Source of the DNA: an uncultured Candidatus Binatia bacterium
GTDB taxonomy: Bacteria; Desulfobacterota; Binatia; UBA9968; JAJDTQ01
Reading direction: 5' to 3'
Length of the DNA: 64,000 bases
Assembly (NCBI GenBank): GCA_964291295.2
Contig: OZ219754.1
Span: 704,001 to 768,000 of the forward strand
Shown in pieces: positions 1 to 10,197 of this stretch. The position numbers and the translations under genes are program-made. The notes beneath the pieces were generated by a model. The model made no database searches. It was not told where the DNA came from and saw only the letters and a list, made by a program, of their open reading frames with translations. Position 1 is the first letter of the stretch. Every line of letters starts with the position of its first letter.

Positions 1-91
1 CGCGAACGCCTCGACGATGCGCATGGTTCGTTCAGAATCCCGCGCAATGCGGCCTTAGGCGCTCCGGGGCAGCCAAGGCGAAGACTTCATC

Positions 92-514
92 TCACTCAGT
101 TCGTCGTCGCTCAGGCTCGGCGCGCCGCCGGCTATTTCCCCTTGATTTGAAGCCGAGGCCGAAACGGCCGATTTCCGCAGTACTGCGCTTCGGCGACATG
201 TGAGAGAACATCAGCGCCTGTGCGCCGGCCTCGTCTATCGGCGCGCCGTTGTCGGCGCAGTAGAGATGGTTGCGGGTGAGGCGAATCTCAATGCTGCCGC
301 CGCTTTCGCGCTCCTTCAGGGCATCCGCGCCATTCTGGACGAGTTCGAATATCTGCCGCCTTGCGTAGCCGCCGCGCGCGGTATCGTCTTCCTGATTGGC
401 GTGTTCGATGACATCCTTGGGCTGGATGCGATAGGCCTCCAGCCTCTTGCGCGACTCGGCTTCGATATACCTGCCCAATGGGCCGCCCGGCCCGGTCCAT
501 TTCGGATTCGCCAA
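92..514 (-). pseudogene. Truncated sacsin-N/GHKL ATPase domain protein (5' end of a normally much larger protein)
   Basis: Motifs GGYARRQIFELVQNGADA, LYCADNGAP and IGRFGLGFKS; the recognisable sequence stops right after FKS and the ORF ends 16 codons later. Confidence 0.65.
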
Positions 515-1001
515 TGTTCCGTTCCCCAGTACTCTCCTTGCCCTTACCTAATCATGGCGAAGGCCGTACGGAGCATTGAAGCCCAGGAGCCTGCGCCGCA
601 GAAAATTTTCGTGAGATTGATATCCACCAGAGTCCCATTTGGTGCCCAATTCGTGTCCGACAATGGGACAAGGCTACACGTTTCTGGCATTTTGGACGAA
701 AATCTGGACGTGCTCTCCCACTCGTCACCTACCGAAGCGTCCTGCGGCGCAGGCTCCCAGGCGGCAAACAGCACCGCCTTCACGACTTGGATACTGAGTT
801 CAGTAAGCGGCCTTTCTCTCCCTGCTGCTGTCCAAGGCGCAGCCATAGCCCGATCGGAATCTGGTCGCCGCAAAGAATAAGCAATAAAGCTGGCGGAAGA
901 GGTCAAGCTGGCAGGCTGAATGGCAGACGGGAGAGGGCGAATGCCCACTGCCCGTCTGTCCAGGTAGTCGGACCCGGGATCGGGTCTATCCATGGTCGGT
1001 T

Positions 1002-2048
1002 CTATTTCTTCTTCCGCACCAGAAAGCTCAGCGCTTCCTTCGAGGCCGCGGACATGCCGAGAATCTGATCGACGTACATCTCGATGTCCTTGCCCGAGAC
1101 GAACTCGACGATGAGCTTGGCCTCCTTGGCCTCCTTCATGAAGGCGGGATCTTCCATGGTCTTCTTGAACGCGGTCCGCAACTGCTCGAGCCGGTCGGCG
1201 GGCACGCCCGGGGGAGCCGAAAACGGGCGCTGGAACTCGTACTGGTTGACCCATCCGGTGTAGGTCTCGAGTTTCTGCTTGCCGCCCCGCTTGGCTACCA
1301 GTTCCGGAATGACCAGCGCGTCCTTGAGTTCGGGATCGGCGACCCTCCGGTGCGTGAGCAGCGGCGTCAGCTTGTCGTCACCCTTGGCGTCGAGCATGGC
1401 CCGAGCCGTGACCCGCATGGACTCCCAGCCCCAGCAGGCTCCTGACACTTCCTTGCTCTGCATGGCGATCCGCGACGTGGCGGTTCCGCTATAGCCCGCC
1501 ACCACATCGAAGTTCGTGCCGATGGTCTGGTTGAGGATCTTCGGCAGATCCACGCCGGTGGATCCCGCCCGGGTGCCGCCCATCTTGATAGGCTTGGCGG
1601 GATCGGTCATGTCCTCCAGCGTCCGCACGCCGGACCAGCCCATGAACGCGCATGCCGGTATGCCCTTGACCGGAGCGCCGATCCAGCTCACCTTCTGCGA
1701 ATCGATCCGCACCTTGGGGTCGCCAAGGGCCTGGGCGGTCACGAACCCATTGTTCCAGACGCCAAGAACCGAGCCGTCGCGCTTCGCGCGCTTCTGGAGG
1801 TAGTTCGCGGCGACGAGGCTGCCGGCACCGGTCATGTTCTGCACGATGAAACTCGGGTTTCCCGGAATATGCCGGCCCAGGTGACGCACGATCTGGCGCG
1901 TGTAGGTATCGTAGCCGCCACCGGGCGAGTAGCCCACGATGACCCGGATGGTCTTGCCCTTGTAGAAATCGTCCGCGGCACCGGCGCTGCCTGCCGTCAA
2001 CGTGAAGGCCGCTGCGAGAGCCACCGCCCATGCTGTCTTCCTGATCAT
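1002..2048 (-). CDS. Tripartite tricarboxylate transporter substrate-binding protein (Bug/TctC family)
   Basis: Signal peptide, then DFYKGKTIRVIVGYSPGGGYD, VQNMTGAGS and APPGVPADR; start set at MIRKTAW. Confidence 0.9.
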   Translation of the reverse strand: MIRKTAWAVALAAAFTLTAGSAGAADDFYKGKTIRVIVGYSPGGGYDTYTRQIVRHLGRHIPGNPSFIVQNMTGAGSLVAANYLQKRAKRDGSVLGVWNNGFVTAQALGDPKVRIDSQKVSWIGAPVKGIPACAFMGWSGVRTLEDMTDPAKPIKMGGTRAGSTGVDLPKILNQTIGTNFDVVAGYSGTATSRIAMQSKEVSGACWGWESMRVTARAMLDAKGDDKLTPLLTHRRVADPELKDALVIPELVAKRGGKQKLETYTGWVNQYEFQRPFSAPPGVPADRLEQLRTAFKKTMEDPAFMKEAKEAKLIVEFVSGKDIEMYVDQILGMSAASKEALSFLVRKKK

Positions 2049-2238
2049 GTCAACCCCCTTTGTGGATTTGTCCAACGTAAAACGAGCCATTTTCGCACAT
2101 CTCTCAGACTAACGCCAATCCTTTCCCGGGTCTGGGCCCCACCGGCCGGCCGCTGTTTCGAGCCGCGGCTTTGTGATAGTGCTTTCACGCGGGTGCCACT
2201 CCTCTTCCGAACCCTATGAAGCAATCCCGGAGGTTGTC

Positions 2239-3045
2239 ATGCCCATGCTGCGCGTCGACGATGCCGACATTCACTACGAGGTCCGGGGCGACGGGCCTCC
2301 TTTCGTATTCATCTCGGAAACGGCCTGCGACGGGGATGTCTGGAACCTGTTCCAGGTGCCGGAGTTTTCGCGGGACCACCGTACCATCATCACGGATTAC
2401 CGCGGCACCGGACGCTCCACCCGGACTCCGATGCGCTACACGACCCGCATGTTCGCCGATGACATCGCCGCGGTCATGGACCACCTCGACGCCACCCGGG
2501 CGATTGTCTGCGGCCATTCCATGGGCGGCCGGGTGGCGCAGTTGCTGGCGCTGGAGCACCCCGGGCGGGTCCGGAAGCTCATCCTCGCCTCGTCCGGCGC
2601 GGCCCATCCGGGCGCCCGCGGCATTCCGCTCAGGATCGCCACGCAGATGGTAGAAATGGGTTACGAGAAGTACGTGCGGGACCACACCATCGAGGTGGGC
2701 TGGACCGACTCGTACCGGAAGGACCATCCGGAGGAGATCGAAAACTGCCTCAAGGTGCGCATGGCGAATCCGTCGTCGGTGGAGTGCTACTTCCGGCACG
2801 TCATCGCGCGCCAGGAGCACGACACCCGCCACCGGCTCAAGGACATCACCGTGCCGACGCTGGTGCTGGTGGGCGAGGACGACCACGCGGTGGTCAGCGA
2901 CATGTCACACCGGAGAGGCGCGGAGATCCTCACCGAGGGCATTCCCGACGCCAGGCTGGTGATACTTCCGGGTGAGCGGCACAGCTATTTTTTCTCGAAT
3001 CCGGAGGCTGCCCACAAGGCCATTCGGGACTTCCTCAGCGACTGA
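2239..3045 (+). CDS. Alpha/beta fold hydrolase
   Basis: GHSMGG nucleophile elbow, DYRGTGRS, LVGEDD, C-terminal His; GGAGG RBS before ATG 2239. Confidence 0.9.
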   Translation: MPMLRVDDADIHYEVRGDGPPFVFISETACDGDVWNLFQVPEFSRDHRTIITDYRGTGRSTRTPMRYTTRMFADDIAAVMDHLDATRAIVCGHSMGGRVAQLLALEHPGRVRKLILASSGAAHPGARGIPLRIATQMVEMGYEKYVRDHTIEVGWTDSYRKDHPEEIENCLKVRMANPSSVECYFRHVIARQEHDTRHRLKDITVPTLVLVGEDDHAVVSDMSHRRGAEILTEGIPDARLVILPGERHSYFFSNPEAAHKAIRDFLSD

Positions 3046-3062
3046 TCCGGGACCACGCGCAT

Positions 3063-4427
3063 TCACCCGCGGCGGGCGGTCAACGCCTCCAGGCGTCCTT
3101 CCAGCCAGCGGGTGCTGACCCGGCCGCGGATGTAGTCCGGCTCGTCCATGACCGCGCTCAGGAACGGAATGGTGGTGTCGATGCCGGCGGCGGCGAACTC
3201 GCCGAGGGCGCGCTTCATCCGCTCCACCGCCTGCGCGCGGTCGCCGGCGTGGACGATCAGCTTGGCCAGCAGCGAGTCGTAGAACGGCGGGACGCGGTAG
3301 CCCGGGAAGCACTGGGTGTCGACCCGGATACCCGGCCCGTGGGGCGGGCTCCACTCGGTCAGGACTCCGGGACAGGGCCGGAATCCCTGCCACGGGGCTT
3401 CCGCGGTGATGCGGCACTCGATGGCGTGGCCATTGAAGCGGATGTCCTCCTGGGAGAACGACAACCGTTCGCCGCCCGCCACGCGGATCTGCTCCCGCAC
3501 CAGGTCCAAGCCCGTGACCATCTCGGTGACCGGGTGCTCCACCTGGATGCGGGTGTTCATCTCAAGGAAGAAGAAGTCCTGCCGGTCCTCGTCGTAGATG
3601 AACTCCACGGTGCCGGCGTTCTCGTACTTGATCTCCCTGGCGACCTTGTGGCCGGCCTCGCGGATGCGCCCCCGCAACTCCTCCGACAGGGCGGCGGCCG
3701 GGGCTTCCTCGACGACCTTCTGGTAGCGCCGCTGCAGTGAGCAATCCCGCTCGCCCACGTGCACTACATTGCCGAATCGGTCACCGATGACCTGAACCTC
3801 GATGTGCCGGGCGTTGGGGATATAGCGCTCCATGTAGAGCGTGGGGTCGCCAAAAGCCGCCCGGGCCTCCGCCGACGCGGTCTCGAAGGCGGTCCGGAGC
3901 TCGCCCTCCTCCCGGACGATCTTGATGCCCTTCCCGCCGCCACCGGCCGCCGCTTTCAGCAGCACGGGCCAGCCGATCTCTGCGGCCACTCCCGCCGCGG
4001 CCTCGAGGGTGCGGACGTTGTCCGAGCCCGGGACCAGCGGGACTCCGAAGGCTCCGACCGTGGCTCGGGCCAGCAGCTTGTTGCCCATCTGGCGGATGCT
4101 GTCGGCGCGGGGGCCCACGAACGTGATGCCGTGCTTCGCGCAGGCCTCGGCCAGTTCGGATTTCTCCGCAAGAAAACCATAGCCCGGATGGAGGGCGTCG
4201 CAGTGAGTGCCCAAGGCCGTGGCCACCAGCGCCTCGACCTTGAGATAGCTCTCGGTGGAACGGGCCGGTCCGATGCAGACGGTGCGGTTCGCGAGGCATG
4301 CCGGCATGCTGTCCCGGTCAGCCTCCGAAACCACCGCCACCGACTCGATGCCCAAGGACTGACAGGCTCTGATGATGCGGACCGCTATCTCGCCCCGGTT
4401 GGCGACCAGGAGGCGGCTAACAGCCAT
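3063..4427 (-). CDS. accC: Biotin carboxylase subunit
   Basis: LVANRGEIA, HPGYGFLAE, GGGGKG, ERDCSLQRR, FLEMNTRIQVEHPVTE, YDSLLAKLI. Confidence 0.93.
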   Translation of the reverse strand: MAVSRLLVANRGEIAVRIIRACQSLGIESVAVVSEADRDSMPACLANRTVCIGPARSTESYLKVEALVATALGTHCDALHPGYGFLAEKSELAEACAKHGITFVGPRADSIRQMGNKLLARATVGAFGVPLVPGSDNVRTLEAAAGVAAEIGWPVLLKAAAGGGGKGIKIVREEGELRTAFETASAEARAAFGDPTLYMERYIPNARHIEVQVIGDRFGNVVHVGERDCSLQRRYQKVVEEAPAAALSEELRGRIREAGHKVAREIKYENAGTVEFIYDEDRQDFFFLEMNTRIQVEHPVTEMVTGLDLVREQIRVAGGERLSFSQEDIRFNGHAIECRITAEAPWQGFRPCPGVLTEWSPPHGPGIRVDTQCFPGYRVPPFYDSLLAKLIVHAGDRAQAVERMKRALGEFAAAGIDTTIPFLSAVMDEPDYIRGRVSTRWLEGRLEALTARRG

Positions 4428-4441
4428 GAAGAGACCCTGTC

Positions 4442-4936
4442 TCAGGCATCGGGACGGACCAGGAAGAGGGTCTGACCGTGCTCGACGAACTGTCCGCTCT
4501 CCACGCACACCTCGTCGATGACGCCGGCCGCTCCGGAGCTGACGGCGTTGAAGACCTTCATGACCTCCACGAGGCCAACCGTGGTCTCGGCGTCCACGTG
4601 GTCGCCGAGCTTGACGAACGGCGGCGCACCAGGCTCCGGCGTGGCGTAGAATGTGCCGACCATGGGTGCGGGAACGGGAACGGTTCCTTCCCTGATGGTG
4701 ACCGGTCGGGACGCGGCGGCGCTCTCGGCAGCCGGTGCGGGGGCGGGCGCGACCGCCGGTGCCGGTGCGGCCGCCGGAACTGGCGCGGCCGCCGGCGCGG
4801 CCTGGTTCACGCTGACGGCCGCGGGCACACCCGACTTGCTGACCGTGAGCTTCAGATCGCCGATCTCGAGGTCGAGGTAATCGAAGTTCGATTTCTCCAC
4901 CAGGTCCAATATCTGCAGTACTTCATCCTCGGTCAA
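4442..4936 (-). CDS. accB: Biotin carboxyl carrier protein
   Basis: Ala/Pro linker, APMVGTFY, EVMKVFN biotinylation motif; TTG start inferred from an upstream GAGAGGG. Confidence 0.88.
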   Translation of the reverse strand: MTEDEVLQILDLVEKSNFDYLDLEIGDLKLTVSKSGVPAAVSVNQAAPAAAPVPAAAPAPAVAPAPAPAAESAAASRPVTIREGTVPVPAPMVGTFYATPEPGAPPFVKLGDHVDAETTVGLVEVMKVFNAVSSGAAGVIDEVCVESGQFVEHGQTLFLVRPDA

Positions 4937-4952
4937 TTGCGTGTCCCTCTCT

Positions 4953-5022
4953 TCCTGTTCCGCAAGTCCTGTTCCGCAAGTCCTGTTCCGCAAGTCCTGT
5001 TCCGCAAGTCCTGTTCCGCAAG
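4953..5022. repeat. Perfect 14-bp tandem repeat (TCCTGTTCCGCAAG)x5
   Basis: Five exact copies counted at 4953, 4967, 4981, 4995 and 5009. Confidence 0.97.
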
Positions 5023-5042
5023 TTTTCGGACCGCCTGTGGCG

Positions 5043-5068
5043 GGCGTGAAGACGCGGCGTGAAGACGC
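5043..5068. repeat. 13-bp tandem repeat (GGCGTGAAGACGC)x2
   Basis: Two exact copies, followed by a partial GAAGAC. Confidence 0.8.
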
Positions 5069-5245
5069 GAAGACCCTTGATGCGCGCGTATTCTTATCAA
5101 GAACCCGAATCCTGCGTCAACCGCGCATCAGGCCGGCGGGAGCCGGACGCGGAGGACACTGGATTCTCGAACGGCGACGTATTATTCTGACTGCCCATCG
5201 GCCGGAGGCCGAGCACAAATACACGCATTTCCAGGAGGGACAGTC

Positions 5246-5905
5246 ATGGGAGCGACGATCAAGTTCAGGCGGCCCGACGGCAAGGAAGTATCCGGCTATT
5301 GCGCTTCGGCCGGCGACAACGCGCCTGGCATGGTGGTGGTCCAGGAGTGGTGGGGGGTAAACGACCAGATCAGGGGCGTGGCCGACCGCCTCGCGGGCCT
5401 CGGGTACACTTCCGTGGTGCCCGATCTCTACAAGGGCAAGGTGACGGTGGAGGCGGAGGAAGCCAGCCACATGATGCAGAACCTCGATTTCGGGGATGCC
5501 AACACGGACGTGTGCAGCGCCGTGGAGCACCTGAAGCGGAGTTGCCCCAAGGTGGGCGTCATCGGTTTCTGCATGGGCGGCGCCCTGACCGTGCTGGCGG
5601 CGGTGTACTCCGAGGCGGCGGACGCGGCTTGCTGCTGGTACGGCGTGCCCCCCGAGGAAGCGGCCGACACGCGCACCATCTCGATTCCTTTCCAGGGCCA
5701 TTTCGCGCTGGAGGACGGCTTCTTCACCCCGGACAAGGTGGATGCCCTGGAAGCGCGCCTCAAGGAAGGCAACGTCACCCACGAGATCTACCGCTACCAG
5801 GCGCAGCACGCGTTCGGCAACGAAACCGGAGCGGCCTACAACGCCGATGCCGCCAACCTGGCGTGGGAGCGGAGCACGGCGTTCCTGGCCAGACACCTGA
5901 AGTAG
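5246..5905 (+). CDS. Dienelactone hydrolase family protein
   Basis: QEWWGVN, GFCMGG, AQHAFGN motifs. Confidence 0.93.
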   Translation: MGATIKFRRPDGKEVSGYCASAGDNAPGMVVVQEWWGVNDQIRGVADRLAGLGYTSVVPDLYKGKVTVEAEEASHMMQNLDFGDANTDVCSAVEHLKRSCPKVGVIGFCMGGALTVLAAVYSEAADAACCWYGVPPEEAADTRTISIPFQGHFALEDGFFTPDKVDALEARLKEGNVTHEIYRYQAQHAFGNETGAAYNADAANLAWERSTAFLARHLK

Positions 5906-6210
5906 CAACCCGGGCAGCGGGCATTCGTCACCTCGCCGGCGCGGCATTTCGCGCCGGCGAGATCTGTCGCTTTCTGTCGCTTTTCCGCCGCCCATGGGGC
6001 TGGACGGAGGGTCCGTATCCCCGTCCCCGGTCTTCCAGATCCGAACCCCGGATGCAGGCCGCCCGGCGGACCGAACGGGAGACAGCCCTCGGAAGGCTCC
6101 CCGGGGTGGGCGCGGGAGTGGCCGGCTCGGGACGATGGCGCCCAGTGGCGGCTGACGAGTGGCGCTTGACGAATGGCGACCCCGCCCTTCCCCGCCAGGC
6201 ATCGGAACGT

Positions 6211-6840
6211 TCACTCCCACGGCGGCGGTTTGCCCCATTCATCGTAGTAGGTGGTCCTGGAAGCGGGCAGGCGCGCTGTCGTGCCGAACCGGCCCTTGGG
6301 ATAGCCCAACGGGATGCAGCAGTGGACCTCCGTTTCCGGCGGCAGCCGGAACAGGTGGTGGATTCGGTCGCTGACGCAGGGATGAAGGGTGGTCAGCACC
6401 GACCCGATGCCCAGGGCGCGGGCGGCCAACATCAGGTTCTGCGCCGCGGGCAGGACGGAGTTGGCCTGTCCGGGCGAGGTGGCGACCGCCAGCACCACCA
6501 CGGGCACGTCATCCATGGCCTCGGCCAGCCGCATGGGCGACAGGTGCCGGTCGCCGGGCGGTGCGGTCTCGGGGCTCCATCCCGCCGGCTGCTTGGCCCA
6601 CCAGGCCTCGGCAAAAAGCTTCGCGAACTGCCGGATCTTCTCCCGACTCCGCACCACCAGGAAGCGCCCCCGGTGCTCATTGCGCGCATTGGGCGCCTTG
6701 GAGGCGGCGTCCATCAGCGTCCGGATGTCTTCGTCGCTTACCGGGTCCGGCTTGAACCTGCGGATGGCCCGCTGGGTGAACAGGGCCTCGCCAACGCTCA
6801 TGCCAAGCCGTTCGGGCGGTTCGAGCTTCACCATGGTCAT
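6211..6840 (-). CDS. Nitroreductase family protein
   Basis: QRAIRRFKPDPV, AQNLMLAARALGIGS, IPLGYP. Confidence 0.92.
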   Translation of the reverse strand: MTMVKLEPPERLGMSVGEALFTQRAIRRFKPDPVSDEDIRTLMDAASKAPNARNEHRGRFLVVRSREKIRQFAKLFAEAWWAKQPAGWSPETAPPGDRHLSPMRLAEAMDDVPVVVLAVATSPGQANSVLPAAQNLMLAARALGIGSVLTTLHPCVSDRIHHLFRLPPETEVHCCIPLGYPKGRFGTTARLPASRTTYYDEWGKPPPWE

Positions 6841-6930
6841 TTCCGCTGCCCCTTTCCGGTTCGCGATGGCGCGCCACAGAACTGCTCGCAGTTCGTTGAT
6901 TCCCTTGATTCAGCCCCGGCGGACTCGGGG

Positions 6931-7794
6931 TTATTCAGACCTTGTCTGACGCCCGGTCAGCTCCCGCGCGCGGTCGAGCACCGCGAATGAGCGCGGCGCG
7001 CCCGGCATGAGAAAGCGGAAGCCCGCCTCCACCAGCCGCTCGATGTTGTCGGCGTCGGGATGGGGATGGCCGCAGGGGACGCCGTGTTCCTTGCAGATTT
7101 CGAGGATGCGGTTGATGTGGCCGGCCACCGCCGGGTGGTCGTAGTCCCGGGGATGGCCCAGTTCCTGGCTCAGGTCCCCTTCGCCGATGAGCACCACGCC
7201 GATGCCCGGCACCTGCTTGAGCATGGCGGGCAGATTGTCGATGGCGCGTACCTCCTCACATTGGATCACCACCAGGATCTCGCCATCGGGTGCCAGCGGC
7301 CACACGTCCGCGCGCCGGTAGTATTCCTGCTGCGTCAGCCCCCAGTAGCGGGCGGCGCGGACGGGGGCGTCGCCGCGGATGCCCGGGGGATCGCGGAGCA
7401 GCCGCGGGTAGCGGCAGGCCGACACCGCGTTGCGCGCCTCCTCCACCGAACTGACGTGCGGGAAGATGACCCCGTAAACGCCCATGTCGAGCACCTGCTT
7501 CGCCAGCCACTGGTTCATCTCGTTACCGTTGGGCGGAACTCGCACCATGGGAGTCACCGCGGGACCGAGGGTGCCGCGGTCCACCAGCTGCCTCCGGTCC
7601 AGCATGTACTGCAGCGAGTGCCGCAACCCCGGCATGTCCAGGGGCGCGTGTTCCATTTCGAAGGCCACGCCGTCGAGCTTCGACGCCGCCATGGCGATGG
7701 CGGTTTCGACATCGTTGGAGGCAAAGCTCACGAAGGCCGTCCGGCCTTTCTCCAAGGCCTGGATGACACCGTTCAGACGTGGAATCTCGGCCAT
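6931..7794 (-). CDS. HpcH/HpaI aldolase family protein
   Basis: FEMEHAP, VRVP, LDMGVYGVIFPHV, IQCE, IGEGDLS. Confidence 0.9.
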   Translation of the reverse strand: MAEIPRLNGVIQALEKGRTAFVSFASNDVETAIAMAASKLDGVAFEMEHAPLDMPGLRHSLQYMLDRRQLVDRGTLGPAVTPMVRVPPNGNEMNQWLAKQVLDMGVYGVIFPHVSSVEEARNAVSACRYPRLLRDPPGIRGDAPVRAARYWGLTQQEYYRRADVWPLAPDGEILVVIQCEEVRAIDNLPAMLKQVPGIGVVLIGEGDLSQELGHPRDYDHPAVAGHINRILEICKEHGVPCGHPHPDADNIERLVEAGFRFLMPGAPRSFAVLDRARELTGRQTRSE

Positions 7795-8069
7795 GAATCG
7801 CTCCGCCGGAGAGGCCGGGCATCGCCGGCGCCTTCCGCCATTCCATGCATGCGTAGTTCGTACCCGGCGGCCCCGCGCGTCATTCGGTAGGCCGACGCAT
7901 CATTCCCGCAGCAGCGGAAATCCGGCGGGCGGGGACCGGCGTCAGACTTGGTAACGGCCCAAGCCTATAGCCTGCCCATGCGGGCTTTGCTAGTGTAGTG
8001 TCCTGTTCCGGCAGGGCAAAGCGCTACCGCCCCGGACGGCACACGGAGTCCCCCCGGAGGTCCACGCTC

Positions 8070-9056
8070 GTGATCATCGACGCCCACGCACACTACACCA
8101 CGGCGCCAGCCAAGCTCCAATCGTTTCGCGCCCGGCAGATCGTCGAACAGGCGCGGCCGGCACCCGCCCGGCTCGACATCAGCGACGAGGAGCTGGCGCA
8201 GTCCATGCGCCCGCAGTTCCGGAGAATGGCCGATTCCGGCATCGACCGGCTGCTGTTCTCGCCTCAGGCATCAGCCATGGGCCACCACTTCGGGTCCGAA
8301 CTCATCAGCCGCTACTGGAGCGAGGCATGCAACGATCTCATCGCCCGCATCGCCAGGCTGTGGCCGGACAAGGTGTCGCCGGTGTGCCAGCTTCCCCAGT
8401 CGCCGGGAGTCGGCCCCGGCAGTTGGGTGGAAGAACTCGAGCGCCGCGTCAACGAGGACGGTTTCATCGCCTGCAACATCAACCCCGATCTGTGCAGCGG
8501 CCGGGAGCCGTGGACCCCGCCTTTGGGAGACGAGTGGTGGTATCCCCTGTGGGAGAAGATGGTGGAACTGGACATCCCGGGAACCATCCATGCCAGCGCA
8601 TCCCTGAACCCGGCTTTCCACACCACCAGTTCCTACTACATCGGGCAGCACCACAACAGCGCCGTGGAGCTGCTGCGCTCCCGCGTCTTCCAGGATTTCC
8701 CCGGGCTCAAGCTGGTCATCCCGCACGGCGGCGGGGCCGTGCCCTACCAGTGGAACCGTCACCGGGGCATGCACGTGAAGGAAGGCCTGGAACCTTTCGA
8801 GGAAGCGGCCCGGCGGGTCTACTGGGACATGGCCATCTACGACGCGGAGGCCATGGAGCTCCTGATCAAGCGTGTCGGAGCGGACCGCGTGCTGTTCGCC
8901 ACCGAGATGTTCGGCGCGGTAAACGCCACCGACCCCCGGACCGGCCGCAATTTCGAGGAGGTGGTGCCGCTCTTCGAATCCATCCAGGGCCTGGGCGGCC
9001 AGGACCATTACAACATCATGGAGGGCAACGCCAGGCGGCTCTACAAGCTGCCATGA
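8070..9056 (+). CDS. Amidohydrolase_2 family protein, 4-oxalomesaconate hydratase (LigJ)-like
   Basis: IIDAHAHYTTAP, CQLPQSPG, IPHGGGAVPYQW, FATEMFGAV; GTG start after GGAGG. Confidence 0.85.
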   Translation: MIIDAHAHYTTAPAKLQSFRARQIVEQARPAPARLDISDEELAQSMRPQFRRMADSGIDRLLFSPQASAMGHHFGSELISRYWSEACNDLIARIARLWPDKVSPVCQLPQSPGVGPGSWVEELERRVNEDGFIACNINPDLCSGREPWTPPLGDEWWYPLWEKMVELDIPGTIHASASLNPAFHTTSSYYIGQHHNSAVELLRSRVFQDFPGLKLVIPHGGGAVPYQWNRHRGMHVKEGLEPFEEAARRVYWDMAIYDAEAMELLIKRVGADRVLFATEMFGAVNATDPRTGRNFEEVVPLFESIQGLGGQDHYNIMEGNARRLYKLP

Positions 9057-9087
9057 ACCACCGTTACCACCGTTACCGGAGTCATTC

Positions 9088-10197
9088 ATGATCGATTTCC
9101 TCTTTCCCACCCATGTCATGGGTTCCCAGACCCTTCGGCTGGTGGCCGAAGCCCAGCAGGGGGGCGGCGACGTGTTCGACATCGCGCGCCTGTGCCGCAA
9201 CCTCGACCCCGGCGACAGGAAGGGATGGGAACAGGCATGGCTGGACTTGGCCCGAACGACCGAGGACAAGGCCAGGGAGGCCCTGTCCAAGGGTCACGAG
9301 CGCACGGCCTTGCAGTTCTTCTTCCACGCCAACCAGTACTACCGCATGTCCGACGTGTTCCTGACCATCGCGGAGAACGACACCCGAGCGGAGCGGTTCA
9401 AGCTGTCGCAGGCCTGCTTCCGCGAGGCCGCGGCGCTGCACAAGCCGCCCCTGGAGGTCATCAGCGTCCGCCGCGGCGACGAGGAGTACGACGGATACTT
9501 CTGCCACCCGAAGAATCCGGCGCCCGGCGCATGGCCCGCCGTCTTCCTCATCGGCGGCGCCGACGCCTTTGCCGAAGAGATATTCTTCAGCGGCCGGCAG
9601 GTGACGGAATACGGCTGGGCGCTGCTCCTGGTGGACACCCCCGGACGGGGCTCGTCCATATACGTCAAGGGAATCCCCACCCGGGCGGACTACGAAGTTC
9701 CCGTCAAGGCATGCATCGACTACCTCGTGTCCCGGCCGGAGGTGGACCCCGAGCGCATCGGACTCATCGGCATCAGCATGGCCGGCTACTACGCCCCTCG
9801 GGCCGCGGCGTTCGACCGCCGCATCAAGGCGCTGGTGGGCTGGAGCGGCTGCTACAGCGTGCTTGACGATCTCTATCTCTTCTGCGAGCACCTCCGACCG
9901 GTGGTGCAACGGCTGCTGGGCGGCGTGAGCGACGCGGTGGCCCGGGAACGGCTCAAGGACTTCACCATGGAGGGTGCCGCGGAGAACATCACCTGCCCGA
10001 CGCTCATCACCCACGGCGCCGACGACCGGCTGATGGACGTGCAGGGCGCCCGACGACTGCATGAAGCCATCGGCAGCAAAGACAAGACCCTCAGGATCTA
10101 CGAGGAGGCAGCCGCGGGCGGCGTCATCCATTGCAGCCACGATTACTGGGCCCACAACGTGCCGTACATGCTCGACTGGATGCAGGACCGGCTGTAG
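9088..10197 (+). CDS. Alpha/beta hydrolase (2,6-dihydroxypseudooxynicotine hydrolase/FrsA-like)
   Basis: GGADAFAEE, DTPGRG, GISMAGYYAPRAAA, HGADD, HCSHD. Confidence 0.85.
   Translation: MIDFLFPTHVMGSQTLRLVAEAQQGGGDVFDIARLCRNLDPGDRKGWEQAWLDLARTTEDKAREALSKGHERTALQFFFHANQYYRMSDVFLTIAENDTRAERFKLSQACFREAAALHKPPLEVISVRRGDEEYDGYFCHPKNPAPGAWPAVFLIGGADAFAEEIFFSGRQVTEYGWALLLVDTPGRGSSIYVKGIPTRADYEVPVKACIDYLVSRPEVDPERIGLIGISMAGYYAPRAAAFDRRIKALVGWSGCYSVLDDLYLFCEHLRPVVQRLLGGVSDAVARERLKDFTMEGAAENITCPTLITHGADDRLMDVQGARRLHEAIGSKDKTLRIYEEAAAGGVIHCSHDYWAHNVPYMLDWMQDRL

Noticed and set aside
544-900. Short ORFs on both strands upstream of the sacsin-like fragment
   Set aside because: No recognisable motif or clear RBS; I cannot tell which frame, if any, is real
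4953-5022. CRISPR array
   Set aside because: The 14-bp units are contiguous with no spacers, and no cas genes are present
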